This document shows, in pieces, positions 50,264 through 59,855 of a stretch of 64,000 bases of DNA; position 1 is the first letter of the stretch; each line of letters opens with the position of its first letter. Source of the DNA: a virus (Duplodnaviria; Caudoviricetes); the IMG/VR virus record IMGVR_UViG_3300021255_001218, positions 1 through 64,000 of that record; one strand, given 5' to 3'. Position numbers and translations under genes: made by a program. Below the pieces are notes generated by a model that worked only from the letters and a program-made list of their open reading frames with translations, was not told where the DNA came from and searched no databases.

Positions 50264-50800
50264 ATGAGTAAACTCGGTGGTTGGGAAATTGATGTTAAAG
50301 TTAACGAATTTCCGCAGAAAGTAGCTACTGCTATTTCTGATCTTCCGGAAAATCTGCTTGGTTGTGGCTATGAACCGTTTGCTTATCTTGGCCAGCAGGT
50401 TGTAGTTGGCACGAACCATGCTGTTATGGCTGAGCAGACTGTAGTTACTGGTGTGGACACCAAGAATGTAGTTCTGCTGAAATTCAATGAGAAACCGGAA
50501 GGTGTATCCCTGTATGCTATCGAGACTCTCGTAGAGAGTGGCGGTCGTCTTGGTGGTACTCGCATTGATGTGAAGACTGACATTCCGGAAGATGCTAAGC
50601 GTGTCTTCGATGAAGCAATGGCTTATTTTGTAGGCTCCAACGTAACTCCGTTTGCTTATCTTGGCACGAAGGTTACTAATGGTGTAGAATATAAGTTCGC
50701 TGCTGAAGTTGCTCCGGTAACTCAGAATCCGGAAAAGCATGTTTCTATCGTTACGATTAACTCCCTGACTAAGGACGTTAAGTTCGAAACGGTACTGTAA
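50264..50800 (+). CDS. two-repeat protein with cystatin-like QxVxG motif
   Basis: GGW...PFAYLGQQVVVGTNH and GGT...PFAYLGTKVTNGVEY; host-like codons. Confidence 0.55.
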   Translation: MSKLGGWEIDVKVNEFPQKVATAISDLPENLLGCGYEPFAYLGQQVVVGTNHAVMAEQTVVTGVDTKNVVLLKFNEKPEGVSLYAIETLVESGGRLGGTRIDVKTDIPEDAKRVFDEAMAYFVGSNVTPFAYLGTKVTNGVEYKFAAEVAPVTQNPEKHVSIVTINSLTKDVKFETVL

Positions 50801-50856
50801 TAACTGCGCGCTTCCTATAGTTTTTCATAAATTTGTTTTACCTCGTGATAATATTT

Positions 50857-50884
50857 CAGGAAGGTCTCTTAAGAGACCTTCCTG
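50857..50884. terminator. hairpin/terminator
   Basis: CAGGAAGGTCTC-ttaa-GAGACCTTCCTG. Confidence 0.75.
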
Positions 50885-50980
50885 GATATTTTGTAAAATA
50901 TACTATGCTTATATACTATAATATTGAGTGATAATAAATTGCAGTGTTAAAATCTAATTTAATTTTAAGGAGAGAGTTTA

Positions 50981-51241
50981 ATGTTTAATGGCCAGTATGA
51001 TAGTAAAATAAAGATTATTGCAGAAAAGAATGGTAAATCTGTTGTAGATAGTGTTATATCTAAAGCTATTGATAATTATATAGAGAAAAGAGCTGATAAA
51101 GAAGCACAAAGAATATCCCAAGATGCTCAATATGAGACTAGATATGATTGTGCCAAAGAAGGATATAAGTCTGGATTCGATGATGGTAGTGTAATAGGAG
51201 GTTTATTAGGAGTTATAGCTACGATATTTGTTGTTAAATAA
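50981..51241 (+). CDS. small protein with C-terminal membrane anchor
   Basis: early motif at 50910..50926; AAGGAG RBS. Confidence 0.55.
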   Translation: MFNGQYDSKIKIIAEKNGKSVVDSVISKAIDNYIEKRADKEAQRISQDAQYETRYDCAKEGYKSGFDDGSVIGGLLGVIATIFVVK

Positions 51242-51319
51242 TGTAATTTATGGGATAGACCTTATGGGTCTATCCTATTTTTAAATTATTAAGTTTTTTA
51301 TTATATGGAGGGGTTTATT

Positions 51320-51673
51320 ATGAAGAAAGTTCTTATAGTATTATTGGTATTGATTAGTTGTGTTAGTAGTATAAGTGAAGCAGCTTATTATTATTTGTGG
51401 AATAATGATGACTACATTGCTTGGATAAATGATAGAACTATAGAAACTAATGAAATACGAACAGCTGCTAAGTTTGAAATAGTTATGGAGAATAGAAGAA
51501 ATAAGACCCAATCTATTGCTAGTGGTAAAAATGTAATATATAAAGATAGTGGAGAGTGGTATTTTTATATTGAAAATGGTAATATGACTCCAGAAAGAAT
51601 AAGTTTTTATGAGGGTTGGTGGCAACCATATGGATTAGAATGGTTATTAGACCATAAATTTCTTGTACAATAA
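51320..51673 (+). CDS. secreted protein
   Basis: MKKVLIVLLVLISCVSSISEA signal peptide. Confidence 0.6.
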   Translation: MKKVLIVLLVLISCVSSISEAAYYYLWNNDDYIAWINDRTIETNEIRTAAKFEIVMENRRNKTQSIASGKNVIYKDSGEWYFYIENGNMTPERISFYEGWWQPYGLEWLLDHKFLVQ

Positions 51674-51685
51674 GGAGGGTTTAAA

Positions 51686-53224
51686 ATGAATGAATTGAAT
51701 GCTATTTTGATTGGTGGAGCTAAGAGATGTATTGTTTCTTGGGAGAGATTAGCATTTGATGAAAGGGCTTGTAAAGCAGGAAGAGGTGTTTATAAAGACG
51801 TATTAACTCAATTGCAGTATAACTCTATATTATTTGGTAATTTAGGATATAAGAAATGCCCCAAAGATCTTAGCTGGATTGAAATGGGTATACCAGTAGA
51901 AGATGTGAATAAAACTGAGGACCTTGATACAAATAATATTACTACTAGAGCATTGTTTATAAGAGATGAATGTACTCTTGGTAAGATATTAGAGATTAGT
52001 GCTAATTTTATTAGAGGAGGTGTAGAAAGAGGCAATATAATCAATCCTGAATCTCTATCTCAAAAAGATAGTAAGGATATCCAGTTTAATATGGATCATA
52101 ATCTAGAAGTAGGAAGAAACTTTACGATTATGAGTAAGATGGTATATTGGGATAAGAATAATCTATTCATAAGAAGATTGTTTAATATCACTCCCAATAT
52201 AGATAAAGAGTATTTTAAAGCTGCTTTATCTAAGTTTGCTGATGTAATCAGATATGTTAAGCTGGAGAATCCTTATATCATATTCACTGCTATGATTATG
52301 GATCCAGATATAGTATTGAATTTAATACGAGAAGCAGAGATAGAAGCTACTAATGTAGTATGCCAGAGATTTAATACTAATAGGGAGAATATAGAAGAGT
52401 TGAAAATAGAAGTAGAGTTTATAAAGATTATAACTCTTAAATTAAGGAGGTTGTATAATATCTATAATAGATATGGTATAGCAGGATTCAATACTCATAG
52501 AGAAAATAATGATGTATTAGGCAATGTAGAGTATCATATCTTACCACAACCATTTGTAAATACTAATACTCTTATCAATAATGCTAGAAGAGATACTATA
52601 CAGTATTGGTCTCAAGAAGTATTAGCACAACCACTATCTGGTAGACAAAAAGATAGAGTATATGCTAATGTGGATAGAGAAAGTTGTATGTTTTTGGAGG
52701 AGTTTAAGACTAATCCAGATTATGAATCTATTTATAAGAATCTATATTTGGTATTAGATCTTATAGATGAAAGTAATCCTGAGTTATTGGTAAGAAGTAA
52801 TAAACTGATATTTAGTAGATCTTTCTATGTGAATCCAGAGATATTTGCTCTTTATGATAGAGAAGCCAAAGAGTATTTTGCTATTAGAATTCTTATCAAT
52901 CCATTAAGAGTAGAGTATGCTAATATCAAACTATTCGATATGGTTAAATATTATAAAGACAGATATGGATTAGATACATCTATAGACCAAAATGAAGTAG
53001 GGGATATATTCTCTGAACCGGTGGATGTAGAGTTCTATAATAATTGGATGGATGAAATGGAAGGTATACAAAGACAACCAGTAACTCCTCTTCCTTATAT
53101 AATACCAACTCCACAACCTAATATACCTGTATTAAATATCCCATCTCCAGTTCCTCCTGTAACTAATCAGAATACTGGTACTATTGTATATGGGTTCAAC
53201 GAGTCATTTGTTAATACTCCCTAG
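51686..53224 (+). CDS. hypothetical protein with Pro-rich C-terminus
   Basis: 512 aa; AAGGAGG RBS. Confidence 0.6.
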   Translation: MNELNAILIGGAKRCIVSWERLAFDERACKAGRGVYKDVLTQLQYNSILFGNLGYKKCPKDLSWIEMGIPVEDVNKTEDLDTNNITTRALFIRDECTLGKILEISANFIRGGVERGNIINPESLSQKDSKDIQFNMDHNLEVGRNFTIMSKMVYWDKNNLFIRRLFNITPNIDKEYFKAALSKFADVIRYVKLENPYIIFTAMIMDPDIVLNLIREAEIEATNVVCQRFNTNRENIEELKIEVEFIKIITLKLRRLYNIYNRYGIAGFNTHRENNDVLGNVEYHILPQPFVNTNTLINNARRDTIQYWSQEVLAQPLSGRQKDRVYANVDRESCMFLEEFKTNPDYESIYKNLYLVLDLIDESNPELLVRSNKLIFSRSFYVNPEIFALYDREAKEYFAIRILINPLRVEYANIKLFDMVKYYKDRYGLDTSIDQNEVGDIFSEPVDVEFYNNWMDEMEGIQRQPVTPLPYIIPTPQPNIPVLNIPSPVPPVTNQNTGTIVYGFNESFVNTP

Positions 53225-53262
53225 ACTTAATATTAATTGAGAGGGAGGGAGCTGCACACAAT

Positions 53263-54021
53263 ATGACTGATCAAGAATTATCTGAAACACTTCTATATAA
53301 TAAATTCACTGATAATTTATTATATCTTGGAAGTAATGCTTTACTATCAATGAATGTAGTACTATACAAAAATAATAGTGATGGTAGTAATAGAGAGTAT
53401 TTCTATAGAGAAGTACAGTATTTAGATAAGTTTGGAAATGTTTGTAGAAAGGGTACTAGAAATATAGATGCTTTCCTTACTATTAGTAATCTAACTGCTG
53501 TAGGAGGATATAAAGAATCTATAATGATACGAGGTAGGGATTTAGAAATGTTTAGAGTATTTCTTATCCCTAAACTCGAAACTATAATACAAAATTTCCA
53601 AGAAGTATTTCAATATAGAGATAATAATAAACTCTATGTGAATGAAACCATTAAACCCATATCTATAGACGTAACTGGTAATAAAATCGTTGTCTTTAAA
53701 CCAGGAATACATAAATTATATAGTGAAGAGATTGTACCTTGTATGGAGATGTATTTGAATTCTCCAGATAATATGAGTGTAATGACTTTCCAAACTGTAT
53801 ATGATTTTATGTATATAATTCGTACTTTTCAGATACAAAATTATGCTTCTAATATGCTATCGTATTATACTAAGAATCTTCCTATGGGATTGAATATGTA
53901 TGATATGACTTCTCAGCAGTTTGTAAATGATAGTAAGAATTATATTGATAATGAAGGACCACTTAGGATACAGAAAAGAGAAAAAGGATTCTTTGATAAA
54001 GCATTGGAAGACAAAAAATAA
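53263..54021 (+). CDS. hypothetical protein
   Basis: 252-aa ORF. Confidence 0.6.
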   Translation: MTDQELSETLLYNKFTDNLLYLGSNALLSMNVVLYKNNSDGSNREYFYREVQYLDKFGNVCRKGTRNIDAFLTISNLTAVGGYKESIMIRGRDLEMFRVFLIPKLETIIQNFQEVFQYRDNNKLYVNETIKPISIDVTGNKIVVFKPGIHKLYSEEIVPCMEMYLNSPDNMSVMTFQTVYDFMYIIRTFQIQNYASNMLSYYTKNLPMGLNMYDMTSQQFVNDSKNYIDNEGPLRIQKREKGFFDKALEDKK

Positions 54022-54022
54022 T

Positions 54023-54056
54023 ATAGAGTGCCTTAATTGGCACTCTATTTTTTTTA
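54023..54056. terminator. bidirectional terminator
   Basis: ATAGAGTGCC-ttaatt-GGCACTCTAT followed by a T-run. Confidence 0.8.
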
Positions 54057-54224
54057 TTTGATTTTGTATCTATTATTATTCTTTCCCATTTTCTTCTTCA
54101 TCTTTTTAAGATGCTCAGAGAATTCTTCAGCAAGATTTTCACGATTTCTACGATCTTTATCTTCATTTCTTTCTGAATCTCTAGGGCATTGTGTATTTAT
54201 CCCATTAAGATGAATTCTGAACAT
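54054..54224 (-). CDS. 56-aa charged peptide (not in ORF track)
   Basis: AAGGAAG upstream; MFRIHLNG...RYKIK*. Confidence 0.4.
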   Translation of the reverse strand: MFRIHLNGINTQCPRDSERNEDKDRRNRENLAEEFSEHLKKMKKKMGKNNNRYKIK

Positions 54225-54245
54225 TTTTATCTTCCTTACGTATTA

Positions 54246-54752
54246 TTAGGTAAAGTTAGTAGTCTTTACAAAATTAGTTCTACCGAATTTTTTTCTAAGC
54301 TGTGATAATCTAACCTGTTTATCATGACCCATTATAGAATTATGCTGGATATTATTATGATGGGCATACCAATCAGGACTCTTATATTTCAACCCAGCAA
54401 CTTTCTGTTGTTCAGCTGTAGTATGAGCAGAAGGATCATGCCTCTTAGCAAAATTCATAAACCCAGTATTAGTAGATCTCTGTACTTGTGGGTGATTAGC
54501 AATAAGAGCTTTTCTACGTTCTTTCTCTGCTTGGCGTAATTGGAATCCAGATGGTTTTTGTACTTTAGCTGGAGCTTCTGGAGCATTATTATTATGGCCA
54601 AAATGACTAAACGGCGAAGCATGAGCAGTCTTCATAAATGCATTTCCTACTTTACCAGCAGCACCCTTTAAGGCACTAAAGAATCCTTCTTCTAAGTATT
54701 CTGGTTCTACTTCTTCACTTACAGGTCTATATAAATGATCTCTAAAATCCAT
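54246..54752 (-). CDS. putative internal head protein with acidic propeptide
   Basis: acidic N-terminus ending YLEE|GFFSALK, then a basic mature region. Confidence 0.45.
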   Translation of the reverse strand: MDFRDHLYRPVSEEVEPEYLEEGFFSALKGAAGKVGNAFMKTAHASPFSHFGHNNNAPEAPAKVQKPSGFQLRQAEKERRKALIANHPQVQRSTNTGFMNFAKRHDPSAHTTAEQQKVAGLKYKSPDWYAHHNNIQHNSIMGHDKQVRLSQLRKKFGRTNFVKTTNFT

Positions 54753-54771
54753 ATATTTACACCCCTTTATA

Positions 54772-55539
54772 TTAGTTTATCGTATAGAATATAGGCTGAC
54801 CAAAGTTAGCTGCACTAACATGCCCAGCTTTAAACTTATCTATTAACTCTGGTCTCATATCACTATATCTTCTTATTGTATCTAATCTAAGATTGATATT
54901 CATATTAGCAATCTCAGTATCATCATACATCTTAAGTTGCTCTAATAAAAATGTTGCTATATCGCTAAATGCTAACAATTCAAAGTCTTCCATCTTTCCT
55001 GAATCTATAGTCATAAGATTTGGAGCATGTTTAACATATAGATTTATAGGAATTCTTTGGAAATTAGTTAAAAAAGAAGAAGAGATTACTATATTGAGTT
55101 TTAATAGATTAGGAGAATGATACTCCAGATAAATACCATTAGTAAATGCAGATACATGGTCAGCCATCATCTGTACATCTGCTAAGGTTTCAAAATCTAT
55201 ACCTGAAGTCATCATATCATAGCTATTTACACCACCATATAATAATCCTGGATAATGTGCAGACCATGCTTTCCAATCTATATCTCCACCATCCATTATT
55301 TCATATCCTTCACAGATATTTTCATCTATTAAATAATACTCTCCCTTTTTATTCTCTGGCCCTAATACATATGGTATTTTATGTGGAAAGAATCTAGAGA
55401 ATGTATCTAAAGTATCTTCAAAGATAACTTCATTACCCCAAGCATCTTTACCCATTGATTCTGGGAGATTAAGCATTTTGGTTCCTAGTCTTCTTTCTGC
55501 TTTATTTAATAAACGGGTCATATTATTTATCATTGGCAT
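54772..55539 (-). CDS. putative neck/head-completion protein (T4 gp13-like)
   Basis: N-terminal LLNKAERRLG...DTLDTFSRFFPH resembles gp13 ILRRLG...ALELYGEYH. Confidence 0.5.
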   Translation of the reverse strand: MPMINNMTRLLNKAERRLGTKMLNLPESMGKDAWGNEVIFEDTLDTFSRFFPHKIPYVLGPENKKGEYYLIDENICEGYEIMDGGDIDWKAWSAHYPGLLYGGVNSYDMMTSGIDFETLADVQMMADHVSAFTNGIYLEYHSPNLLKLNIVISSSFLTNFQRIPINLYVKHAPNLMTIDSGKMEDFELLAFSDIATFLLEQLKMYDDTEIANMNINLRLDTIRRYSDMRPELIDKFKAGHVSAANFGQPIFYTIN

Positions 55540-55648
55540 ATTACTAACCCCCTTTCAATCGTATTACCCATATTATTAAAATGTAAAAATTGACAAAAAA
55601 ATTTGGCCCCCGTAAGGAGGCCAATAATTAAAAGGAGGTTTTAACCGC

Positions 55649-56092
55649 TTATGCGGAATAAGTCATTTCAAAATGATCCAGGAACTCGCCATACTCAGCA
55701 TATTCTGCAATCGATTTTTCCGTAAGCATTTTGTAAAAATCTAATGCTTCTTTGGTATCGCAGAAGATACATTTTACAATTCGGTCATCGGCGTCTTTCA
55801 TTTTCATCTCGGCATAGTAATCGTGTTCCGGCAATTTCGGAAGCTCACTGGTTCCCGCTACATAGATATAGTAGCTGTATTTGTTGTCAACCAGAAATGA
55901 ATACTTCCAAATGCCATCGCCGATTTTTTCCTTCTTATAAGATTCAGTAAATCCGAATCTTTTCTGAAGGTCTCCAATATTGGAGACAAACGATTCTCCA
56001 ATATTATTCAGCATGATTGCAGCTTCTTCTTCCGTAAACTTACTGTCTACAACCGGCAAACCATTGATGGAAACGATAATAGTGTTCTTCAT
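55649..56092 (-). CDS. hypothetical early protein
   Basis: GC-richer ORF driven by the duplicated promoter/leader. Confidence 0.65.
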   Translation of the reverse strand: MKNTIIVSINGLPVVDSKFTEEEAAIMLNNIGESFVSNIGDLQKRFGFTESYKKEKIGDGIWKYSFLVDNKYSYYIYVAGTSELPKLPEHDYYAEMKMKDADDRIVKCIFCDTKEALDFYKMLTEKSIAEYAEYGEFLDHFEMTYSA

Positions 56093-56190
56093 GATAAACT
56101 CCTCCTAGAGTTGATATAAGGGTCACTGTTTTCCGTGATACTCACTCTTGGCATCACAACCTTATTATCACCTCTATAATATATAATCGA
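56090..56190 (-). promoter_or_regulatory. early promoter plus conserved structured leader (copy B)
   Basis: closely similar to 36594..36690. Confidence 0.75.
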
Positions 56191-56278
56191 AATATATCAC
56201 TTTTACACTATTTTTATTGGGTATCACAGGTATTTTACCAAAAAAATATAGGGAGTCCTATATAAGGACTCCCTTTTA

Positions 56279-56530
56279 TTATGATAAGCTCAATACCATA
56301 TCTTTATATTGTACTCCTATATTTATAGCACAGCAACTATCAGCTGAATCACTGAATACCATCTTTATTTCATGGTTACTGTACTCTCTCATCTTATTTA
56401 CTACATCACAGTTTATTCCTCCTTTATCTTTATCTACAAACATTTCTTTACATTTCTCTATAGCATCTCTTATATCCTCATCAGTCTGAGTATCGTATGC
56501 TTTCTTTATAGTATTAAACAATTCTTCCAT
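56279..56530 (-). CDS. small hypothetical protein
   Basis: GAGGAG RBS, downstream of the polymerase subunit. Confidence 0.55.
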   Translation of the reverse strand: MEELFNTIKKAYDTQTDEDIRDAIEKCKEMFVDKDKGGINCDVVNKMREYSNHEIKMVFSDSADSCCAINIGVQYKDMVLSLS

Positions 56531-56542
56531 TACTTACTCCTC

Positions 56543-58663
56543 TTATAAAGATAATATATTAGAATGAGTTATAGTCTTAGACTCCATCTTACTAATACCT
56601 ATTTCCTCAAATGGGAAACTTCTAAGATTATCCTGAATGATTGTAGTATAATCAATAAACGGTATAATCCAGTCAGGAATTTCTATATTAGTAGGAATAG
56701 CTATAGCAGATATATCACTAAACCCTTTAGTCTCTAATAACTTCATTAATCTTAAGAAATGCTCTGGATGAGTCTCTGCTATAAGATTAGCATTCTTTTT
56801 ACTTATATTAACTTTGATGATTAATACAGTATTTCTTTCCTCAAGATTAATACCTTCTTCATCTCTAGATTTTATAGTATTATAAGCTACAGATGCTTTT
56901 ATACCCTGAACACTCATAGGATTCTTATAGTTACTAAGAGACTTAATACGTGCAGGTTTATGATACTCTTTATTCTTAGCTTTAATGGATGCATAGATTT
57001 CACGTTCAAAGATTACAAACTTCTTTAACAAATCTACTTGGTCTACAAAACTCTTTCTTAATATATCAAACTCTATAAAATCACTTAACTTCTTAGATGT
57101 AGACTCTGGTATACCCATCTTATATATCGGCATACCTTTAATATCAAACTGCTTATCCTCAGGAATTATATTACCTTCTTGCAATAACTGCTGAGAAGCA
57201 TAATTCTTCTTCTGATACAATTTCAATAACATTGCTCTGAATAAGAATTCATTCTTCATTATAAGCAAGCACTTTCTATCTCCCTTAGTATTATAATTCT
57301 CGGAGAATAATACCATATAATCCATTATAAGATTCGATACTATATTGGAGATTATATTGATTATACTATAACGAAGATTATCTTCCTCTATAATAACTGC
57401 TGGATATGTAAGTCTCTTCTTCTCTACTAACTTATCATTATAGAAGTCATATTCATTAGTAGGTTCAGTATGCTGATATTCCATAATAACCTTATCGGTT
57501 ACTTCCATAATCTCTTCTTTGGTATACTTAATATTCATAGGTATACCCATAGTCTTAGGTAATACATATCTATACCATTCATCAAGAGATACTACACAAG
57601 AGTCTGTATCTGTAAGTAATACCACATCTCGTATCATTGTATATACACGTTCTATCTTATCTATATAGATATGACGATAATATACATATTCATACATAAG
57701 ATCTTTAAGTAAAGTAAGATCATCCATAATCTCTTTAGGTGGTTTATTAGGATTAAGGAATGGCTTATCTAGAGTTACAAGTATCCGTATTATTATTTCA
57801 GATACTACTCTATTCTCACAGAATGTATATAGATTATTCTTATAATAAACCATATTTAATTGCTCTTGGTTAAGATTGTTGATAGTATTCCAAATTGCTT
57901 TAACTGCTTCATCTGATGGTACCCAAGAATTGAATCCACAATTATGCATTACTTTTAGGAAACATTCCTCAACTCCTATCATTCTATCTAATATCATATA
58001 GTCATTAAACTTACGTGGTTTAGTAAGATCTAAACAGATATTATCTATAAACGTAAGTACTTCAGTAAGAGAACCGAACTTTACATTATTTGCTAAGAAC
58101 GATTCAAACATTGTAATCGCTGCAGATATACAACCACGACCCTGGCCAGTAACTGCAGTACAAAGATAGAGATTGTAATATATAGAAGAATACTGACCAG
58201 CACAACCATATAATGCATTACAAGCTACTTTGTAGTTCTTCTGTAATAAGTTATAATCATCATATTCTTTACTACCCTTAGGAAACGTTTTCATCTTTTC
58301 TTTTGCTTCTTCACGTTTATCTAAGAAGTATTGGATAAGATTATAAAATGGATTCTTTACTGTACCATGCTTAGCAAATAATACACCCTGTGTAGACATG
58401 ATCATAGAGTCTTTTAATAGACTATCTATCAATCTTGTAATATCTACATTATCCAATGTATTAATATGGTTATTATGAATCTTTACTTCTCTGGTTCTAA
58501 ATCTCTTACTTATACTATAATTAATAGCCTCCGATATTTCAAATGGTTGTAACTTAGGACATACTTTAGCTACAATGGTATACAACGTACTAGCATATCT
58601 TTCAAGTATTAACCTATCAGGAACTTTCTCTTTAAACGTTTCACTCAATGAAAAATCTTGCAT
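56543..58663 (-). CDS. B-family DNA polymerase, C-terminal subunit (motifs B and C)
   Basis: QKNYKVACNALYG, TGQGR, LTDTDS, KNEF, KKNYA, IKG. Confidence 0.9.
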   Translation of the reverse strand: MQDFSLSETFKEKVPDRLILERYASTLYTIVAKVCPKLQPFEISEAINYSISKRFRTREVKIHNNHINTLDNVDITRLIDSLLKDSMIMSTQGVLFAKHGTVKNPFYNLIQYFLDKREEAKEKMKTFPKGSKEYDDYNLLQKNYKVACNALYGCAGQYSSIYYNLYLCTAVTGQGRGCISAAITMFESFLANNVKFGSLTEVLTFIDNICLDLTKPRKFNDYMILDRMIGVEECFLKVMHNCGFNSWVPSDEAVKAIWNTINNLNQEQLNMVYYKNNLYTFCENRVVSEIIIRILVTLDKPFLNPNKPPKEIMDDLTLLKDLMYEYVYYRHIYIDKIERVYTMIRDVVLLTDTDSCVVSLDEWYRYVLPKTMGIPMNIKYTKEEIMEVTDKVIMEYQHTEPTNEYDFYNDKLVEKKRLTYPAVIIEEDNLRYSIINIISNIVSNLIMDYMVLFSENYNTKGDRKCLLIMKNEFLFRAMLLKLYQKKNYASQQLLQEGNIIPEDKQFDIKGMPIYKMGIPESTSKKLSDFIEFDILRKSFVDQVDLLKKFVIFEREIYASIKAKNKEYHKPARIKSLSNYKNPMSVQGIKASVAYNTIKSRDEEGINLEERNTVLIIKVNISKKNANLIAETHPEHFLRLMKLLETKGFSDISAIAIPTNIEIPDWIIPFIDYTTIIQDNLRSFPFEEIGISKMESKTITHSNILSL

Positions 58664-58759
58664 AATAATAATCCTCCTATTCTTATTAAGAGGTCGATTT
58701 GATATTCAAAACAAAAATAAAGAGTACGCTTTAAAAGCGTACTCTATTAACTATAGTAA

Positions 58760-59155
58760 TTATTTATCCTCTTCTTTAGAGGGAGGATTTATTTGTAGTA
58801 CTTTTTCTATTTCTTTGAATCTAGAATCAAACTCGTCATATTCTGCAATATGATTGTTTAAATGTTCCTGGTTACTTTGTAATAACTTCAAAATCTCACC
58901 ATTCGTGTTTAAAGATGATTCTATACGTACCATTTCTAATAATAGCACATTTAAGATAGCGTATACTAACGCTGATGCATATAAGACAATATAACGGTAT
59001 TTATATAGAATATCGTTGGTTTCCTCAAATACCGCTGCTAAAGTCATAAAAATCAGTGGAGTAATCAATATATACGAAATAAACATCGAATTTAGAGTTT
59101 TATCTTTAGTAATTTCTCCTATTGAATTAACGAACTTTTTTACTTTGTTTAGCAT
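58760..59155 (-). CDS. membrane protein
   Basis: two hydrophobic segments plus a coiled tail. Confidence 0.5.
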   Translation of the reverse strand: MLNKVKKFVNSIGEITKDKTLNSMFISYILITPLIFMTLAAVFEETNDILYKYRYIVLYASALVYAILNVLLLEMVRIESSLNTNGEILKLLQSNQEHLNNHIAEYDEFDSRFKEIEKVLQINPPSKEEDK

Positions 59156-59456
59156 TTTTATTTTTCTCCTTATCTTTTCTATCTCTCATTATTTCTTTTA
59201 TAGTATAATTCTCGAGATGCATATTTAAGAGTTCTTTCTCAGTAAAGTCTTTTACATACTTTTTGAGAAATTTACCATGCCATTTACCATCAAATCTGGT
59301 TTTCTCTCCATTAGGATATTCTGTTGGAGCACATTCACTACAAAAAACTTTTCCATAAGTTTCTTTAGTAGTCAAATCCTTCATAAAGGCTCCCCAATAC
59401 CAACCTAAAGCAGTATTCTCAATACAACCACACTTATCGCATACGAATAGCGACAT
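59127..59456 (-). CDS. Zn-finger protein
   Basis: CDKCGCIENTA...CSEC...GKWHGKF. Confidence 0.7.
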   Translation of the reverse strand: MSLFVCDKCGCIENTALGWYWGAFMKDLTTKETYGKVFCSECAPTEYPNGEKTRFDGKWHGKFLKKYVKDFTEKELLNMHLENYTIKEIMRDRKDKEKNKNAKQSKKVR

Positions 59457-59709
59457 AACAATTCCTCCTATCTTCTATATCTATAGAATCTTTTATAAGA
59501 TCTATATACCACTTATCATAATCTAAAGTATCTGATATAGGAAATCCTAAATCACCTAGATACTCGTATAACAAACCATTCGAATAAACATTGCCACTAG
59601 CAGTTTTAATCATCATTTTAGCTATCCTTTTTCTAGCATATTCCTTTATTAATCCATCTAATTCTTTATAGGTTTCTGCATAAACTACAGCTTTAATCTT
59701 ATCATCCAT
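59434..59709 (-). CDS. hypothetical protein
   Basis: AAGGAGG RBS; early motif at 59725..59741. Confidence 0.55.
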   Translation of the reverse strand: MDDKIKAVVYAETYKELDGLIKEYARKRIAKMMIKTASGNVYSNGLLYEYLGDLGFPISDTLDYDKWYIDLIKDSIDIEDRRNCYVAIRMR

Positions 59710-59855
59710 TTATCTTTCCTCCTTCATATTTATAGTATATAATAGTTTAAGATTTTATAAATATTTAAAAAAGAGCTAGGGCAACATAGATATAATGATC
59801 TGTGATTTCTTTAAAATATTTGTACAAATAAAATAACCCTTAAGGAGGAATTTAA

